Shown here piece after piece: positions 60,717 to 64,000 of a DNA stretch of 64,000 bases. Location of the stretch: positions 32,860,001 through 32,924,000 of the forward strand of contig NC_090329.1 of assembly GCF_035084215.1 (NCBI RefSeq), given 5' to 3'. The notes under the pieces were generated by a model. It was not told the origin of the DNA. It saw only the letters and a list, made by a program, of their open reading frames with translations, and searched no databases. Numbering within the stretch: position 1 is the stretch's first letter; each line of letters begins with the position of its first letter. A program made the position numbers and the translations under genes. This stretch comes from Heptranchias perlo. Its lineage: Eukaryota.

Positions 60717-63700
60717 AACTAGAAATGGCAGTGCAGGCTACTGCACTGTGTCGGGACTGTGATATGTGGGAGTTTGTGGACAGTGAGACTGTCCCGGATT
60801 GCCACATCTGCAGGAAATGTTTCTGCCTTGACACACTCCAGCTCAGAGTCCTTGTTTTCTCCAGAGTACAGTCACACCTCAGAGGAAAACACAGGTACAG
60901 GAAGGGGAGGGTGACTGTATGTCAGCAGGTTAAGGGGTACCAAGGGGAGGTAGAGAAGGAGATCCCGCAGATCCCGCTGGTCCTATCCAACGGGTAAATG
61001 TACTTGTTATCTGTGAGAATAAGGATGTAGGCTGTGGGGTGGACAAAATAGTAACCATGGCACCATGGAGCAGGAGGCAGTCCAAGTGGGGGATGAGCAG
61101 AATATAAGGGATATATTCATAGGGGATTCGATAATTAGGGGGATAGGTAGCATCCTCCCCAGTCACGACCGAGAGCCCAGGAAGGGGTATTGTCTACCTG
61201 GTGCAAGGGTAAAGGACATCTTGGAGCAACTGGAGATGAACTTGGAAAGGGAGGGGGATGATCCAGTTGTCGTGGTCCATGTTGGAACTAATGACATAGA
61301 GAAGAAAAGGGAGGAGATCCTGCTAAGAGGATATCAGAAGTTAAGAACTAAATTAAAAAACAAGACCTCACGGGAGGTAATCTCAGGATTACCACCTGAG
61401 CCATGTGCTAATTAGCATAGGGATAGGCAGATCAGGAAGGTGAATGCGTGGCTGAAAGATTGATGTGGGAAGTAGGGGTTCAATTTCATGGGACACTTGC
61501 ACCAGTACTGGGATAGGACGGAGCTGTACCACTGGGATGGACTCCACCTGAATCAGAATGGGACCAGTGTCCTAGCGGAAAGGGTAAATAGGGCTTTGGA
61601 TAGGACTTTAAACTAGTAAGACAGGGGGAGAGATCTGGTGAAAATAACATAAGTCTGAAGATAAAAGAAATAGGAGATGAGAGTAATGAATAGGGGTAGC
61701 ATAAACAGTCAGGGAACAAATACATTTATAGAACATAAGTACAAAATGACTGTTAAAAGTAAAGTCAGGGGAACAATTATTAAAAACAAATTAAATTGCC
61801 TGCAATGTGCACAGTATCCGAAACAAAATGGTGGGACTGGAGGCAATAATTCATAGCGAGGGGCCAGATATAGTGGGATAACTGAAACATGGCTACATAA
61901 AGAACAGGACTGGCTGTTAAATATTGCAGGATATAACGTATTTAGAAAGGATAGGGAAAGAAGAAGGGGGTACTAATTAGAGACAACATAATGGCAATTG
62001 AAAAAGGGACATAAGTAATATTAAGGTAGAAACAGAGTCCATGTGGATTGAGACAAAGGATAAGAAGGGATCAATCACATTAATAGGTATATTCTACAGA
62101 TCACCAAATAGTGGAAGGGAAGTGGAGGATGAAATATGTAGACAAATCTATGAAATGAGAAAAAAACATCAAATAATAATCATGAGACATTTTAACTAAC
62201 TACCCCCAAATAAACTGTCAAGAAGAGGAAAGGAAAAGGGGAAGGAAACCCTTGCCCCAGGTAGGCAACACACCTTCCTGGACTCTCCGTCACTACTGCA
62301 GAGGACACTATCTATCTCCCTAATTATTGAATCCCCCATGACTATAACCTTTCTATTCTGCTCCTCCCCACCTTGGACTGCCTCCTGCTCTACGGTGCTA
62401 TGGTTGGCATTCTGTCCACCCCAGAGCCTGCAACCTTAACCTCACAGATAGAAAGTATATTGTACCTGTTTGATAGGACCAGTGTCTGCTGGACCTCCTT
62501 CTCTACCTCCCCTTGGTTCGCCTTAACCTGCTGACTAACAGTCACTCTCCCCTTCCTGTACCTATGGTTTCATAAGAACACAAGAAATAGGAGCAGGAGT
62601 AGACCATCCGGTCCCTCGAGCCTGCTCCGTCATTCAACAAGATCATGGCTGATCCTCAACTCCATTATCCTGCATCATCCCCATATCCCTTGATGCCTTT
62701 AATATCTAGAAATCTATCAATCGCTGAGTTGTGACTGTACTCTGGAGAAAACAAGGACTCTGAGCTGGAGTGTCTCAAGGCAGAAACATTTCCTGCAGAT
62801 GTGGCAATCTGGGACAGTCTCACTGTCCACAAACTCCCACATATCACAACCCTGACACAGTGCAGTAGCCTGCATTGCCATTTCTAATTATGGAAAAGGA
62901 CAGAGATAGAATAGGAGTAAAAGTTCCAAATTGGGGAAAGGCCAATTTTAATAAGTTGAGAAGTGATTTAGCAAAAGTGGACTGAAAACAGCTACTTGAA
63001 GGTAAATCAGTGTCAGAGCAGAGGGAGGCATTCAAAGGGAAGATTCACGGGGTCCAGAGTAAACATGTTCCCACAAAAAACAAGGGTGGAACTGCCTAAT
63101 CCAGAGCCCCCTGGATGACAAGGAGCATACCGGGTAAGATAAGGCAAAAAGGGAAGCTTATGTCAGAAACCAAGAGCTCAAAACTGCAGAAAGCCTAGAG
63201 GAGTATAGAACGTGCAGTGGTGAAAGTGGAAAGGAAATTAGAAAAGCAAAGAGAAGACATGAAAAAATACTGGCAAGTAAAATTAAGGAAAACCCAAACA
63301 TGTTTTATAAATACATAAAGAGCAAGAGGATAACTAAGGAAAGAGTAGGGCCTATTAGAGACCAAAAAGGTAACCTATGTGTGGAGGCGGAAGATGTGGG
63401 TATGGTTCTTAATTAATACTTTACGTCTGTCTTCACAAAAGAGAGGGACGATGCAGAGATTGTAGTTAAGGAGGAGGAGTGTGAAATATTGGATGGGATA
63501 AACATAGTGAGAGAGGGAGTATTAAAGGGTTTAGCATGTTTGAAAGTGGATAAATTGCCAGGCCCAGATGAAATGCTGTTAACAGAAGCAAGGGAAGAAA
63601 TGGCAGAGGCTCTGACCATCATTTTCCAATCCTCACTGGCTACAGGCGTGATGCCGGAGGATTAGAGGACTGCTAACATTGTACCCTTGTTTAAAAAGGG

Positions 63701-64000
63701 AGAAAGAGATGGGCCAAGTAATTATAGGCCAGTTAGCCTAACCTCAGTGGTGGGCAAATTATTGGAATCAATTCTGAGGGACAACATAAATCGTCATTTA
63801 GAAAGGCACAGGTTAATCAAGGACAGTCAGCATGGATTTGTTAAGGGAAGGTCGTGTCTGACTAACTTGATTGAATTTTTTGAACAGGTAACAAGGAGGG
63901 TCAATGAGGATAACGTGTTTGATGTAGTCTACATGGATTTTAGCAAAGCTTTTGACAAGGTCCCACATGGCAGGCTGGTCAAAAAAGTAAAAACCCATGG
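60717..64000 (+). mobile_element. Degenerate long CR1: ORF1 (CxxC..CxxCxxC zinc finger, GDS/GTND/DGLHL esterase) and ORF2, rearranged at 62246-62888, running off the window
   Basis: ORFs 60725-60997 and 61065-61415, APE motifs ~61800-62215, and RT start (YRPVSLTS, QHGF, DFSKAFD) at 63720-64000. Confidence 0.9.
62246..62888 (-). repeat. Inverted copy of the CR1 ORF1 5' region (60717-61211), containing a ~150 bp CR1 tail insert at 62571-62722
   Basis: Direct reverse-complement comparison. Confidence 0.88.

Overview
Vertebrate genomic DNA, most likely a shark or other cartilaginous fish, judging from the repeat families (CR1/HER1-type LINEs, DeuSINE-type SINEs, Penelope-like elements). The only host gene I can support is thyroid peroxidase (TPO) on the + strand. 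Ten coding exons (equivalent to human exons 2-11) lie between 16106 and 59404, with GT-AG boundaries, a continuous reading frame and all haem-peroxidase catalytic residues. The gene continues beyond the window, and I could not place non-coding exon 1. The rest is dense in transposons: one nearly intact CR1 and many truncated ones, L2 and other LINE fragments, several tRNA-derived SINE families, Harbinger-like MITEs and a probable solo LTR. The most striking feature is five fold-back (palindromic) Penelope-like insertions. Each has target-site duplications, a fixed ~36-38 nt unpaired tail, a covarying terminal stem-loop and a minimal hammerhead-ribozyme motif in its arms. Most ORFs in the supplied track are transposon fragments or noise. 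Repeat boundaries were read by eye and are approximate unless a TSD or TIR is quoted.
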